From the human T2T-CHM13v2.0 reference genome, Homo sapiens: a stretch of DNA of 64,000 nt. A model generated the notes under the pieces. That model did not search any database and was not told the DNA's origin. It saw only the letters and a program-made list of their open reading frames with translations. The position numbers and the translations under genes are program-made. Positions within the stretch are counted from its first letter, which is position 1. Each line of letters begins with the position of its first letter. Positions 45,712 to 63,109 of the stretch are shown in pieces. The DNA lies in assembly GCF_009914755.1 (NCBI RefSeq), contig NC_060927.1; one strand, written 5' to 3'.

Positions 45712-47919
45712 GTGAGGCTCGGACTTAATCCCGCTGAATCCTCAGTGCGGTCCTCTAAAGCCATGGAATTGAGAGAGGTAAAGTAACAAGCCCACGGTCA
45801 CAAACCTAGTAACAGTGCGAAGATTCCAACCCAGGCCTCTGATGCCATGTGGTGTTTTCGCAAGAGCATCTTTTGACTTTGCTAATTTCTGGACATCATG
45901 TGGAGCCTTCTATGAAAGAGTCAAATATTTGGGAAGGCAAACATCAAAGGGAGTTAGTGCAGGTATTTTATGTAAGCGGATCGCCCTGCGGTGGTGTCTG
46001 ATTTTCCTGCCAGCCCTGCCCTCTCCCAGGACACACGTTCTCTGCCATGCATTCGCTTCTGTCAGTGCTCTCTGGAACTGCATTTTCCAGGACTCCGTTA
46101 CTCCCCAAGCATACAAATGTCTCTCCTTCATTTTTTTCCCATTAAGCAGATTTAAAGAATGAACTCAGAATCTTGGCCACCATTAATTTCACAGCTTACA
46201 ATTATTTGCATCTCCCCCGCTTTTTTTTTTGTTTTTTTTTTCTTTGCTTGAGTCATTTTAAAAAGCCCTTATGATTTCCTTTAATCCCTTTTGGTAGAGC
46301 AATTCCATTCTCTTCTCTCTTAACCTCCTCTCTCCGGAACGCCCCCCCTCCGCCTGAAAGCTTTAAATAATGCAGCAAATTCTTGTTTCGTTTCCTTTTC
46401 TCTGTTTCCAGATGGATTTTTCTCCCCAGAACATCCCTGGGAATCATTTCTGTCAGATGCTTCACTGGATGTCCCTTGGTCTTTACAGCCATCTATCCTC
46501 CTTCTCCAACCCCCACCTCGAATTGCAACTTGCTATTTTAATTATAGTTTCTCTTGCCACACTTGGGTTGTTTTTTTTTTCTCTTCTCAGTCTTCTACCT
46601 CGCTTAGATTTTAATCCCTTCTTCCAGTGCAGAAAATTCATTAAGATTTCTAGATTCCTCCCAATTTGCTTCCTTGATGTTGAATAATTCTTAGTCTATG
46701 TATGATGCTGATTGTTCAGATGTTGAATTAAGTTGCTAAGCAGTGGGGCCAGGAGGCCCTGTCCAAGTGCAGACTGAACCCCACTCCGGAGTGGAGCTGG
46801 GGTGTCCCTGGGTCATCTGGTCCCTGCAGTCCTGAAGCTGGCCCTCTCTAAGACCAGACCTCGGCCCCAGTGCAACCAGCCACCTGTGCCTGCCTCCCTG
46901 GCCACCCGATGAGAGGTCCTGGGATTGTTTGTCTTCGGTTCCATGGATTGATCCTTGCAGGCTGGGCCAGGCTGGCCCTGACCATAAACCACCTGGGTCA
47001 CCTGCAGCTGTTTCCCAGGTGCCTGCTAGGCCTGCAGGCTGGGGCTGCAGTTGGAAATGGGTCTGGGCAGGAAGTGAAGGGGGAAGTAACCTGTGTGGCT
47101 GGGGAGTCAATGAGGCCATCGTGTGAGGGGAGGACTGGAACGCAGTTCTATGATGCATTCCAGGGATAAAGGCTGAGTTACTCACCACAGAGAGGAATCG
47201 CTGAAAGCTGCCACCCATCCTGTTTGGGCTCACAAACCTGTCCCTGTTCTGTCCTTTGGATAGATATATAGGTCACTACTGGTGAAGGTCATTTACTGTG
47301 GGAGCATGTCAACATCAACCTTGAGCCTGGCTCAATTAGAAACATGGGGTGCTCTGAAGTGGCCTAAAAGTCCCTGGGAAAGGGTGATCCATTTACAGCT
47401 GCTTAACCTGGGGCAGGTCACCTCACCCCTCTGAACCTCAGGGCTGATATGAGACAACGTGCATGAAAGGTCACTACGTGGGCAACGCTGATATTATGAT
47501 GCAGGTGAGGAGACGCAAGAGGCGGCATTCATTCCTTCATTCATTGCTACCTTGTTGTTAGAGATTTAAGGCAAGAGACACAACTGGAAAATGGACAAAG
47601 GAAAAATGATTTTGAGGATCTAGAGGATAAGATAAGGTCTGAGATTGTCTCAAGTGGGAATAAAGGAAGTAGAAGGGAGGGTGGCCCTGTAAAGTCAGGC
47701 GACCTCTACCTCAAGGTGAGGAGGAGAATGCAGCGGAGGAGGCCCTAGAGGACCTGGTACAGGATCAGTTGGAGAAGTGGGAGGGGCAGAGGGCTGCACA
47801 TTCCTAATGAGCTTGCCCGCTAATCCCAGAGGGTTGCTGCACTGGGAAAGCACAGGCGGAGACCTCCTAAGATGTCTGGAATATCAAATAACATGGCAGA
47901 ATGTGAGGCAAATAAATGA

Positions 47920-48419
<500 letters not shown>

Positions 48420-48538
48420 TGAATCACCCCCGCCTCCCCCCCTCAAAAAAACAACTAAAAATCATGTTTTTGACATGGGCGGGGGATGTCTTCTTACTCT
48501 TATGGAAAATGTGAGTACAAGCCCCTTTAGAAAAATTA

Positions 48539-48871
<333 letters not shown>

Positions 48872-49049
48872 CTACCACAGCTTTGAGACAAGTCCCTGGC
48901 CCTGCTTCCAACCAGATTGCTGTTTCTAAGTTTCTCCCAGGCAGACACCCTAGAGTCCCAGCTCCAAAGGTACTCCGCAACGAACAGAGTGGCCAGGAGG
49001 TGCTGGAGGAAGGGAAAGCCCTGTGTGGTCAGGAGTTCACGGGCAGTGG

Positions 49050-50410
<1,361 letters not shown>

Positions 50411-53179
50411 ATAAGAAGTGAAATGGAAGGGACGTGGCAATAGGAGGGGGCAGCCTGAGTAGGAACACAGGAAGGTTACGAGGGGAAGAATGCCCCAGAA
50501 GCAGACAACATGGGGACTTGATGTTCCCAGATGCATTCCCAGAAGGGAGCTAGTTAGTTAGGCTGGTTAGTTTCTGCTGTCCAGTCCTTGCTTATGTGGC
50601 ACAAGAGCAGCAGAGAGATTTTCCACAAACCTCCCCTAGGAGACGGCAGAATGAGGCAGGCAGGGGTTAATATGGTTTGCAAATAAACTGCAGATTAATC
50701 CTCAGTGGTACTTAATGCAGGGTAAAACGTGATAAATTATTCACATCGTACAGCGTAATAAGCAGGTTGACTCCGCGGCACCAGGCCTCTTGAGCTGTAT
50801 TTTACACTTAGTTCGTCCTCTTGTTCCTCTTATTTAATCATTTTCAGAACACCTGACTTAAATAGGTGTTTCAGGTCCCATTTTTTTTCCCTGAAAAAAT
50901 AAATTAGATCATAGATTCATCTCATGACATTCTGACATTTGCCATCTTCTTACATTAGAATAAACATGATTAGAGAGAAAGGAGCTCAGGAATTAGGCAC
51001 AGGAGGAAGATGAAATACACTTTTCCTGAGGTTACCCCTTCTGGTCTTTGTGCATGACGGTCGTTGTGCAGAGAGGCTACAGGAAGCTCATTTGCATGTG
51101 GGATACAAACCGAATTTGTGGTTAATCTGAAGGAATTAAATCTGCTATTTAGGGCTGACTGAGATTCTCTCTCCCGTGGAGTTGGGTGTCTGGGTAAGAG
51201 GTGCTCATAGCCCTCCAGGGTGTCTGTAAAATGTATTAGATGAATGGGGCTTTTGTAGCCAAAAGCCTCCCACTCGTGGGCAAGCTTTCAATGGTCCCAG
51301 TCCGTGGCAGCCAGCTCCCCTAAACCATGACTTGATTTCTGCCCTCCCTTCCTCAGGCAGATCTCCCCAAGAAGGGCCCGAGCCCCTGGGCGTAGAAGGC
51401 TTTTGCGGAGGGACACAGATTATGGACTGAGGTGGGCAACATGCTCAGGAGGAGCATGTTGGAGGAGGAGGAGTAAACTCAGACAGCACTGAGACGTGGG
51501 AAAAGAGAAGCTCAGGAAGAAGAGGCCGTGTGCTAGCCCCATGGCGATGGCCAAAGAATCAAAGACATGGTCCCTGGAGAAGGCCAAGCTGAGGTGGAAG
51601 GTGTGGGTGCAGGGCAACAGCCAAGGGTGGGAATAAAGCTTTGGGAGAGAAAGTCAGGGATCGCAGAAAGAAAAAGGAGCCGGAAAAATGGGAAGAAGCA
51701 GAAAAGAGAATGAACGGCAGGAAGTGTAGGCAGCAGAGTCTCAGTCCCCAGCGATTCTGATGAACTAAGCTGAGCTAAGGGTAGATTAACAGCGTTGTCA
51801 TCTTTCCTCTCCCAAGCCAGCTTCTTCAACAGGGTGCACGCACATGCGCGCGCGCGCGCACACACACACGTATATATAGTTTCTGATTTCTTTATTGCAT
51901 CACTCTCTGTAAAGTGCTTGGCACACTCAAACTGCAAAATTCAATGATGTGCTAGGGGTACCCTCTCCTTTACTTCAAATTCCAGGCTCAGCAGGACGTT
52001 TTTGATGCTTAATTGTAAATATGAGACAGATGGGGACTAATAAGGTCTGCAAAATGCTGAGAAAGTGGTGGGCTCTTTGTGTCCCAGAAGTGAGGTTTCA
52101 GTCCCCTGGGCAGCCGATTCAGCATGTCTGGTGAGATTGGACAGTGGTTCTGACCAGGAGCTGTTCCTGTGGGATGGAGCCGAGGGCTGGGAGCCGTTTC
52201 CTGCAAAGGGAAGACTGGCAGCAAACGTTTAGAAGCAAGATTCTCATGGCTATCCAGCAATGACCTCAGACATTCCAGATTTCGTTGGGGGATGGCAGTG
52301 GCTCATATACAGTATGTTATGTAAGAAACCAGAGAGAGAGAGAGAGGAGGGCAGCCCACGTTTCTCAATGGCTATGGAAAGCTGAAAACACTCTGATTTT
52401 CATGATTGAGGCAAGAAGCATCTGATGCTGTTAACAGTGACAAGTACCAAAAAGAGTGAGAATTGCTGCAGGAAGAAACCCAGCAGTCTTTTGGGAGTCT
52501 GGTAGGCAGGTCCGGAGCTAAGGAAACATCACACCCCAGCCAAAGCTGAAGTTGCTGAGAGCACGAGAAGGGCTGAGCTGTCTGTGTGTTGCCAGGCTTG
52601 GACCCACCGCAGTCCCACTTCCGGCTTCCTGAGCAGTTTCATCAGAGCTTCCTTATTAGTCCTGCCTAGCAGTGGCTGTTGAGCCCAATGTCAGCAGCAG
52701 GCTCTGGAATATTGCCTGTCCACCATCAGCATGGAAGGGAGGCCCCCTGCCCAGACTCTCCTGGGCAAGATGGTGCTGGGGACAGCTGGCAGCGATGTGG
52801 AGGCCTGAAATGGAGAGTTCTCAGCCACGGAGGCAGAATGGCTTCCAGGCCCCCTTGCAAACACACATAGTGCAGCAGAGCCATGAACTTGGGGGAAAAG
52901 TTAAAGTTTGCACCACTCTCTCTCAGCACAGTTCTTCTGAATGTCTTACCTAAGGTTGGTCATTACTTCATGTGGTCAATCAAACGAAATCAATGTTTAT
53001 TTAGCTGACATTTAAGACCAGCCCTCAAGGAGCTCACAGTCCAGAGAGTCCACTCTGAGGGACAGACAATGTAACTTATCATCTCGTACTGAGGTAAGTG
53101 CAATGGCAGATGTTTGAAGAAGGTAGAGAAATGGCGTAGAAGAGGGGAGAAGTGATATCTGAGGTGGACTTTAAGGGAT

Positions 53180-53380
53180 ACATAATAAAAACCAGCATTC
53201 CATGCTTACCACGTTCCAGACATGGTGCTAGAACCTTCCGTCAATGAACTCAATTATCAGAAAAGCCTGGGAGGTAGGTTCTGTTATTCCCATTTTACAA
53301 ACAGACGCACAGAGGGCTTAGGAAAGCGATCCAAATGTACATAGCTAGTAAGACGGAAAGTAGGATTTGATGCAACTACA
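53180..53380 (+). mobile_element. MIR SINE relic
   Basis: 'gggaggtaggttctgttattcccattttaca...atagctagtaag...taggatttga'. Confidence 0.75.
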
Positions 53381-53742
<362 letters not shown>

Positions 53743-53979
53743 TAAGAAGTAGAGGAAAGCATGGCAGGCAGAGAGAATAGAATACGCAAAGCATGGAGGC
53801 GTGAGATCACATGGCTCAGTATTACAAGAACAGGAAGTGTGAGAGCAGGAAGGAGTGGAATGTGAGGCTGGAGAAGTAGATGGGTCTGCGAGGTTGGATT
53901 TCCTGCTCTTGTCATGGGGCATCACTGAAGGATTCTTAGAGACAGAGTCACAGGTACACGTTTAAGAAAGACCACTCTT

Positions 53980-54303
<324 letters not shown>

Positions 54304-55039
54304 AAGAAAGACCACTCTTCGCTGCAGGATGACTTGGGTTGATGGCAGCAAAGGAGAACAATTAGGAGACTATCATAACAGTGACAGTGAAATCACTGGG
54401 TACTGTGCTAAGACAGTGAAAGGAGACATCTTTTTAACAGGAATTTTTGGAAGATCCAATCAACAGGCCTTGGTGGTAACTACATGTGGGGAGTAAGGCG
54501 GGGGAGGTGTAGAGGAAGAGTCCTCGGTTTCTGGCTTGGGAACTGCTATGGCCACTAGCAGGTTTGTAAGAAGGGGAAGGAAGGGAACCAGTAAGTTCAA
54601 TTCTGGACATGCTGCTTTGGGGTGCCTGTGGGGCCTTCAAGTATGTGGAGAGCTGCAGGCAACTGGATATGCAGGTCTTGGTGGCCATTGGCCACAGCTC
54701 CCTCTTTTCTGCCCCATCCTGCAGACAGTCCCTCACTGGGAGCACAGTGGCAGGAAACATGAGACGCTGGGATCTGGCATTGGCACAGCTGAGTGTGATT
54801 AATGCAGAAGAAATGAAGGCGGTATTGGATGGCAACGAACCCAGACTCTGTTAGATGTGGCAGAAAGTGATCAAAGCGGATGGGATAAAGGTGGTAATGG
54901 ATGATCAGAATATTCACTCCACTAGACAATGGGGATTCTTAAGTGAGTTGAAGAGAGGGGACTTCAATAAAGGCACAACTATCTTTTATTTTTAGTGTCA
55001 ACCTTTAGTGTAATACAACAAAACTTGTCAAGCAGTTGC

Positions 55040-56170
55040 CTTATTCATTGACTCAAAGTTTATTGAACACCTGGTGTGTGCCTGGGCCTTTATAAGAGCT
55101 GAGGATACATCAGTGAACAAGACAAAAATCTCTGCCCTTAAGGAGCTTATTTCCTGGCTAGGGAGGGTGGGGAAACAAATGATAAGCAGAAGAAGAAATA
55201 AAATATATAATCTTTGGGTATCCACTGGCTTATACAACACCTTCATGCAAATTAGAAAAAGGCCACACTTGTGTGTGGGTGGAGGAAACCCTGTGCCAGG
55301 GCACACAGCTCGGCAAGCAGAGCCTGGGCTCACTCTTGCTTGGCAAGGCATCCAATCTGCACAGCTTTATCTGGTGGCCCCATATGGAACACCAATTGTC
55401 TGATGGAGAAAAATAAAGCAGGATAAGAGAGACAGGCGGTAAAGAGAGAAGGGTTGCAATTCAAAAGAAGAGGGTTAGAGAAGGCCTCCGTGAGAAAATG
55501 ACATCTGAGCAAAGACACCAAGGGGATGAGGAAGCAAGCCATGTGGCTATCTGGGGAAGACTCCCAGGCAGTGGGGCCAGCCAGTGCGAAGGCTTGAGAC
55601 AGGAGCATGCCTGGCTATTTGAGGAATGGCAAGGAGGCCAGTGTGGCGGGAGCAGGGAGACCAAGAGGAAGAGAGTAGGGGACTGGATGGGAAAGGCAGC
55701 TGGGGGCCAGAGAGTGCCTCCTAGGCCCCTGTAAGAACATTGGTATTCACTCTGGATGCCATGGGAAGTCTTGGAAGAATTTTGAGTAGGGAGCTACATG
55801 ATTTGACTGACTTTTTACGAGCTCCATCTGGCTGCTGGGTTGAACATACTGTACAGGAGGGGAGGTGGAAGCAGGGGCTCACTGAGGAGGCCGCCGTGAT
55901 TACCGAGGTGAGGAGTGATGGTTGTGCAGACCAGGGAGGTGGCAGTGGAGATCAGGAGGAGTGCTCAGATTCCAGATATATTTCGTAAAGCCAGCAGAAT
56001 TTGCTGACGGGTTGGAAGTGTGGTGGGAGAGAAGGATGACTCCAAGGTTTCTGACCTGGACAATGGAAGAATGAAGTTGCCATTTATTGAGAAAAAGAAG
56101 GCTGTGGAAGGAAACACGATTGGGCATAACATCAAACATTTTAATTTGAGCACTGATTTGTGAACATGCA
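55040..56170 (-). mobile_element. L2 (L2a-like) LINE relic, interrupted by a MITE
   Basis: 'tcattgactcaaagtttattgaacacct...gtgaacaagacaaaaatctctgcccttaaggagctta', 'gatgactccaaggtttctgacctgga...gaagttgccatttattgaga'. Confidence 0.85.
55215..55382. mobile_element. MER91-like hAT-Tip100 MITE
   Basis: 'caccttcatgcaaattagaaaaaggc...ccctgtgccagggcacacagc' fits recalled MER91; interrupts the L2. Confidence 0.55.
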
Positions 56171-56548
56171 AAATGACCCTCCCCTGTAACAGGTTCTGAC
56201 CCTGCAACAACTCATATTACAGAGGACAAAACCAAGACCCAGAACAACTTGCATAAATCTTGCCCAGCTCATAAGTGACAGAACCAGGGTTCAAACGAAT
56301 CTGTCTGCTCCCACATCTGTGCACTTTGCCCCATACTGCATGGACTCAGGGAATTCCTGCTCCACTGAGGAACCCATAGAAACTAGACTGTGAGCTGTTG
56401 GGAGCCGAGGCTGTGTCTCACTCTCCTCTGTAGTCCCAGTGTTGGGATTTTGTTGGAGGAACCAGCAAATAACACTCCTCTCAACTTGATTTTGGAACCT
56501 TTGGAGAGACAGACACAGGAATCATGCAGATAGGAAGATCGGCTTTAT

Positions 56549-56864
<316 letters not shown>

Positions 56865-57289
56865 CGATCGGCTTTATCTTTGATCACTCTGGGGTGGAAG
56901 ATGATACCTCAGTGTGTGGCCACAGTAGGCTTCCTGATGTTCCCCTGACCAGGCAGAGCTTGGACACTGCAAGTCTCTGCCTGGAGCCTTCACCTGAAGA
57001 AGCAACGTGAAGCAGGTATCTGGCAGGCAGATTGGTTCTGAGAGAGAAAGGGAGAGGAAGGGGTTGAGCTTCTCAGGCTCAGATCTTCCTTTCAAATTCA
57101 CTATCAGATAAATCCCTTCTCTTCCCATGGGGAGGAGTAGGGAGCGAGGCCAGTAGGGTTATTCTAGCTGCAGTCCTTCCCCATGGAAACATAAAGCACA
57201 GAAATGAAAGTACCCCCTCCCCCACTCCAGCACAGCCTGGCACACAATAGGTGCTCGGTAAGTGTTTACAGTTTGTGTGTGTGTGTGTG

Positions 57290-57500
57290 TGTGTGGCTAA
57301 AATACAAGCAGGCACTTCTACCTAGTGAACACTATAGAAGGCACTCTTTATACACATTCACTTCCCATTATTATCCCATGAGGTAGAAACTACTTTTCTT
57401 TCCATTTTACAAATGAGAAAGTGAAGGCATTGAAAGGTTTTGAACTTGACCTAGGATGGAGCCAGGACTTAAACCAGGTGGTTTATTGGAGTCAGAGTAG
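57290..57500 (+). mobile_element. MIR SINE relic
   Basis: 'cccatgaggtag...ccattttacaaatgagaaagtgaaggc'. Confidence 0.75.
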
Positions 57501-57829
57501 ATAAGCAGCACAGGTATTCCCCTCACTCTGCTGTGCTGGTGATGATCCCAGGCAGGAAGGACATTATTAGACATTAGCACGAAGCGCATGGGAAAGCAGG
57601 CGAGAGAGCAGTTAATTCTGCCTAGAGCTGGGGTCGGGGCGCAGAGGCAGAGACAGGCAGTCACAGAAAGAAGATGAGAGCTGACTTGAGTCTTCAAAGA
57701 CAAGTAGGGATTTGCCAAAGGGTTAAGATTAGTGGAGGGAGGAGATGGCATTCTAGGTGGAACAGCTTGGACAAACATCCTAGATCTGAACAGTGCTTGG
57801 GGAATAGTGAATGGACCAGATTGCTCAAA

Positions 57830-58185
57830 ATACAGATCACAAAATGGCAGCCCACCCTCCAAAGTCAACTGCAGATGTGAGTTGTTTGGCGTGTACAGTA
57901 TATACACATATTTAAGTTGTCTCAACATTTAAAAATTGAGTGATTTCACCAAACACTCTGGACTTTTGGCTTTTCTTGAAAAACCAGAAGATAACCCTAA
58001 GTAACGCTAGGCATGTATTCCCATATGGCCACCTTTTTTGAGCCCTAAGAAGCTGCTAGCTCCTTCAGATGAACATGTGCTCCCCAGCTGGCCTCAACCC
58101 CCACCACTCCCCAGCACTTCCATTTTCACCCATTTACTTAACTAGCCCATCTTGCTCCTATGGGCACTTGAGTTTGCAACCCTTG
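57830..58185 (-). mobile_element. MER102-like hAT-Charlie element
   Basis: Terminus 'gggcacttgagtttgcaacccttg'; 'caacatttaaaaattgagtgatttcac...ggcttttcttgaaaaaccagaagat'. Confidence 0.7.
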
Positions 58186-59312
58186 GGCTAGATGTTTGGA
58201 TGAAGTTTTGAAGGGCCTGGTGTGCCATGCCAAAGAGGGGATTTGGGAGTCTTTAAAGGTTGTTAAACAGAGGAGTGCATGATGGGATGAGTACAGAAGA
58301 TGGGATAGGTGGGAGAGAGATGGAAGCAATATTGAAATTAGTAGGCACAAGGGTCAAATGGTTTCTCCTGGAGAATTCTTCTTCAGGCAGAAGTAGTAGC
58401 AATTGTTCCAGGTGAGTCATAGTTCTGGACTGGACTTGGAGTTAGACAGCCTGAATTATTGTTTTTTTTAAAAAAAATTTTATTTCCATAGATTATTGGG
58501 GAACAGGTGGTGTTCGGTGACATGAGTAAGTTCTTAGTGGTGATTTGTGAGATTTTGGTGCACTCATCACCCAAGAAGTCTACACTGCACCCAATTTGTA
58601 GTCTTTTATCCCTCACCTGCTTCTCATCCTTTCCTTCTGAGTCCCCAAAGTCCATTGTGGCATTCTTATGCCTTTGCATCCTCACTGCTTAGCTCCCACT
58701 TATGAGGGAGAACATGTAATGTTTGGTTTTCCATTCCTGAGTTTCTTCACTTAGAACAATAGTCTCCAATCTCATCCAGGTTTCTGAGAATGCCATTAAT
58801 TCATTCCTTTTATGGCTGAGTTGTATTCCATCATATATATATATGATATACCACAGCTTCTTTATCCACTTGTTAATTAATGGGCATTTGGGTTGGTTCC
58901 ACATTTTTGCAATTATGAATTGTGCTGCTATAAATATGCTTGTGCAAGTATCTTTTTCGTATAATGATGTCTTTTCCTCTGGGTAGATACCAGTAATGGG
59001 ATTGCCGGATCAAATGGTAGTTCTACTTTTTTAGTTCTTTAAGGAATCTCCATGCTGTTTTCCTTAGTGGTTGTACTCGTTTACATTTCCACCAGCAGTG
59101 TAAAAGTGTTCCCTGTTCATTGCATCCATGCCAATATCTATAATCTTTTGATTTTTTGATTATGGTCGTTCTTGCAGGAGTAAGGTGGTATCAGATTGTG
59201 GATTTGATTGGCGTTTCCCTGATCATTAGTGATGTTGAGTATTTTTTCATATATATGTTGGTCATTTTCATACTTTTTTTTTGAAAATTGTCTATTCATG
59301 TCCTTAGCCCAC

Positions 59313-59604
59313 TTTTTTCTTTTAAGGAGTCTTGCTTTGTTGCCCAGGCTGGAGTGCAGTGGCAGGATCTTGGTTCACTGCAACCTCTGTCTCTCAGGTT
59401 CAAGCAATTCTCATGCTTCAGCTTCCCTGAGTAGCTTGGATTACAGGCATCTGCCACTATGCCCAGCTAATTTTTGTATTTTTAGTAGAGACCGGGTTTC
59501 GTCATGTTGGCCAGGCTGGTTTCGAACCCCTGACCTCAGGTGATCCTCTGGCCTCAGCCTCCCAAAGTGCTGGGATTACAGGCATGAGCCACTGGGCCCA
59601 GCCT
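59313..59604 (-). mobile_element. Alu (AluSx-like) at the L1 deletion junction
   Basis: Antisense Alu, short tail, no TSD seen. Confidence 0.95.
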
Positions 59605-59915
59605 GGAGGAATCTTTAGGGTTTTCTGGGTATACAATGATATCATCAGCAAACAATGACAGTTTGACTTCCTCTTTACTGATTTGGATGCCCTTTTTTTC
59701 TTTCTCTTGTCTGATTGCTCTGGCTAGGACTTCCAGTACTATGTTGAAGAGAAGTGGTGAGAGTGGGCATCCTTGTCTCGTTCCAGTTATCAGGGAGAAT
59801 GCTTTCAAATTTTCCCCATTCAGTATTATGTCAGCAGTGGGTTTTTCATAGATGGCTTTTATTATATTGAGGTATGTCCCTTGTATGCTGATTTTGCTGA
59901 AAGTTTTAATCATAA

Positions 59916-60226
<311 letters not shown>

Positions 60227-60477
60227 GGGCTGCTGGATTTTGTGGAATGTTTTTTCTGCATCTATTGAGATGATCATGTGATTTTTGTTTTAAATTCTGT
60301 TTATGTGGTGTATCACATTTATTGACTTGCATATGTTAATATGTATCTGTATTAGAGGGCCTGTATCTAGAGGGCCTGAATTAAAACAGAAGAATGAATG
60401 ATCCTCCTTCTTTCAAACACTGTTACCTTCACCTCTCCAGTAAGTTCCATCTGGTCTGTTTAGAAAATAAGAAAATG

Positions 60478-61040
<563 letters not shown>

Positions 61041-61682
61041 GGGGTCCTAGGGAGTTAGAGGATTGCTGGGGTTGATACAGGAAGGCCCCACATGTTGGCT
61101 TGGCTCTGAGGTGTCAGACCTCTAGAGGTGGCACAAACCACACAATAGCTGTGGTTCCTGCTGTCCTGGGACTTTTAACAATGACACAAGCCACATCAAG
61201 CTGCTTGAACAAGAACATGTGCATAATGTTCTTGTTTCCACCCCATACACCCATGAAGTCAGGTGCAGGGGCAAAAGCCCAGGGTGTGGTCTGAGTTGGA
61301 TTTGGCTTCTGGGTTTGGGGCAGGGCCCGGGGGATTCAAATCTCCTCTGTCCTGCACACAGCATCATGGTGACTTGGGGATGGAGGCTGCACAGTCAGCC
61401 TGGCTGTTTGCAGCCTCTCTGCTCCTCCCTCCCTTCTCTGCTCTGCTGCTCCCTCCCTCCCCCTCCCCCTCACTGTCTCCAGCCCTGCAATCCATCACAG
61501 CTCTGTGTCCCTGCCCTCTGTGACCGCGTCTCTCTGCACCACTACTTTTGCATTTTGATGTTAAAACAATATTTTACCCAATATATGACAGCACTTGGAG
61601 CCTTTGCAAAGGCCTTTCACATCTGTTATTTCATTTGATCCTCACCAGGTTGCTGTCAGGTAGGCAGGGAAGGTATTATTAG

Positions 61683-62340
<658 letters not shown>

Positions 62341-62579
62341 ATTATCTGTCCAATTGTGGTAATGTGGGAACCGAGGTCCAGAGAGGTGAGTAACTTGCCC
62401 AGGGTGCAGGATGAAAAGAGGGCCGGCGGTGAGGTCGCTGGACTCCTCAAGCAGAGGTTTTTCTGCCGCCCCAGAGTGCAGGCAGATGCAAGGGCTTTCT
62501 TTGTCACCTCCTTCTTCCTGACAGAACAGCAGCCTTGGACAATGGCGAACAGCACTCTTGAAATCTGATCCCGGACCTC

Positions 62580-62940
62580 ACACTTCTCTCCACACTTCTG
62601 TCACCATGTCTTCTTATCTTCTCACTGTCTCCTCTGTCTCACCCTCATGTGTCAAGACTCTGCCCCTGAATTCCCTCGCTTGACTGTCTCCTTGATTTCT
62701 CCATGGACTCCCACACCATCTGCTAGTTAGTACCTTGCTGGGAGCAATTTCCAGAAACTCCCTGAGGCCCTGATTCTGCTCCTGAGCTGCCCATTGGATA
62801 TCTCTCAGATGTCCTGCTAGCTACCTCAAGTCAACATGTCCCAAAGGGACCTCACCACCTTTTCCTCCCAAACCAGTCCTCCCCTGTGACCTTGCTATGC
62901 CTGTAAGTGGTACCACCGTTCTTAATCCTCCTGGACCACA
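62580..62940 (+). mobile_element. L2 LINE relic
   Basis: 'ttggatatctctcagatgtcctgctagctacctcaagtcaacatgtcccaaa'. Confidence 0.7.
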
Positions 62941-63109
62941 CGGACCACCCGCTGGCACAGTGCCCATAATGGCCATCCACCTGCTGTGGCCTAATGCTTT
63001 GGAGACCCCAGTGAAGATCAGTTCTGAAGTTGAGACTGAGGCTGGGTCTGGCTTCCTGCAGCCCTTGTCCTACCCTGAGATCATGACCCCATCTTCCTTT
63101 GCACTGGTG

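Noticed and set aside
46440-46740. Possible processed pseudogene or LINE protein relic on the - strand
   Set aside because: Only a short FNIKEANWEE-like stretch among stops; no recognisable family without a search.
59554-59913. Reverse-transcriptase ORF as an active gene
   Set aside because: Fragment of a truncated, deleted, Alu-interrupted L1 ORF2.
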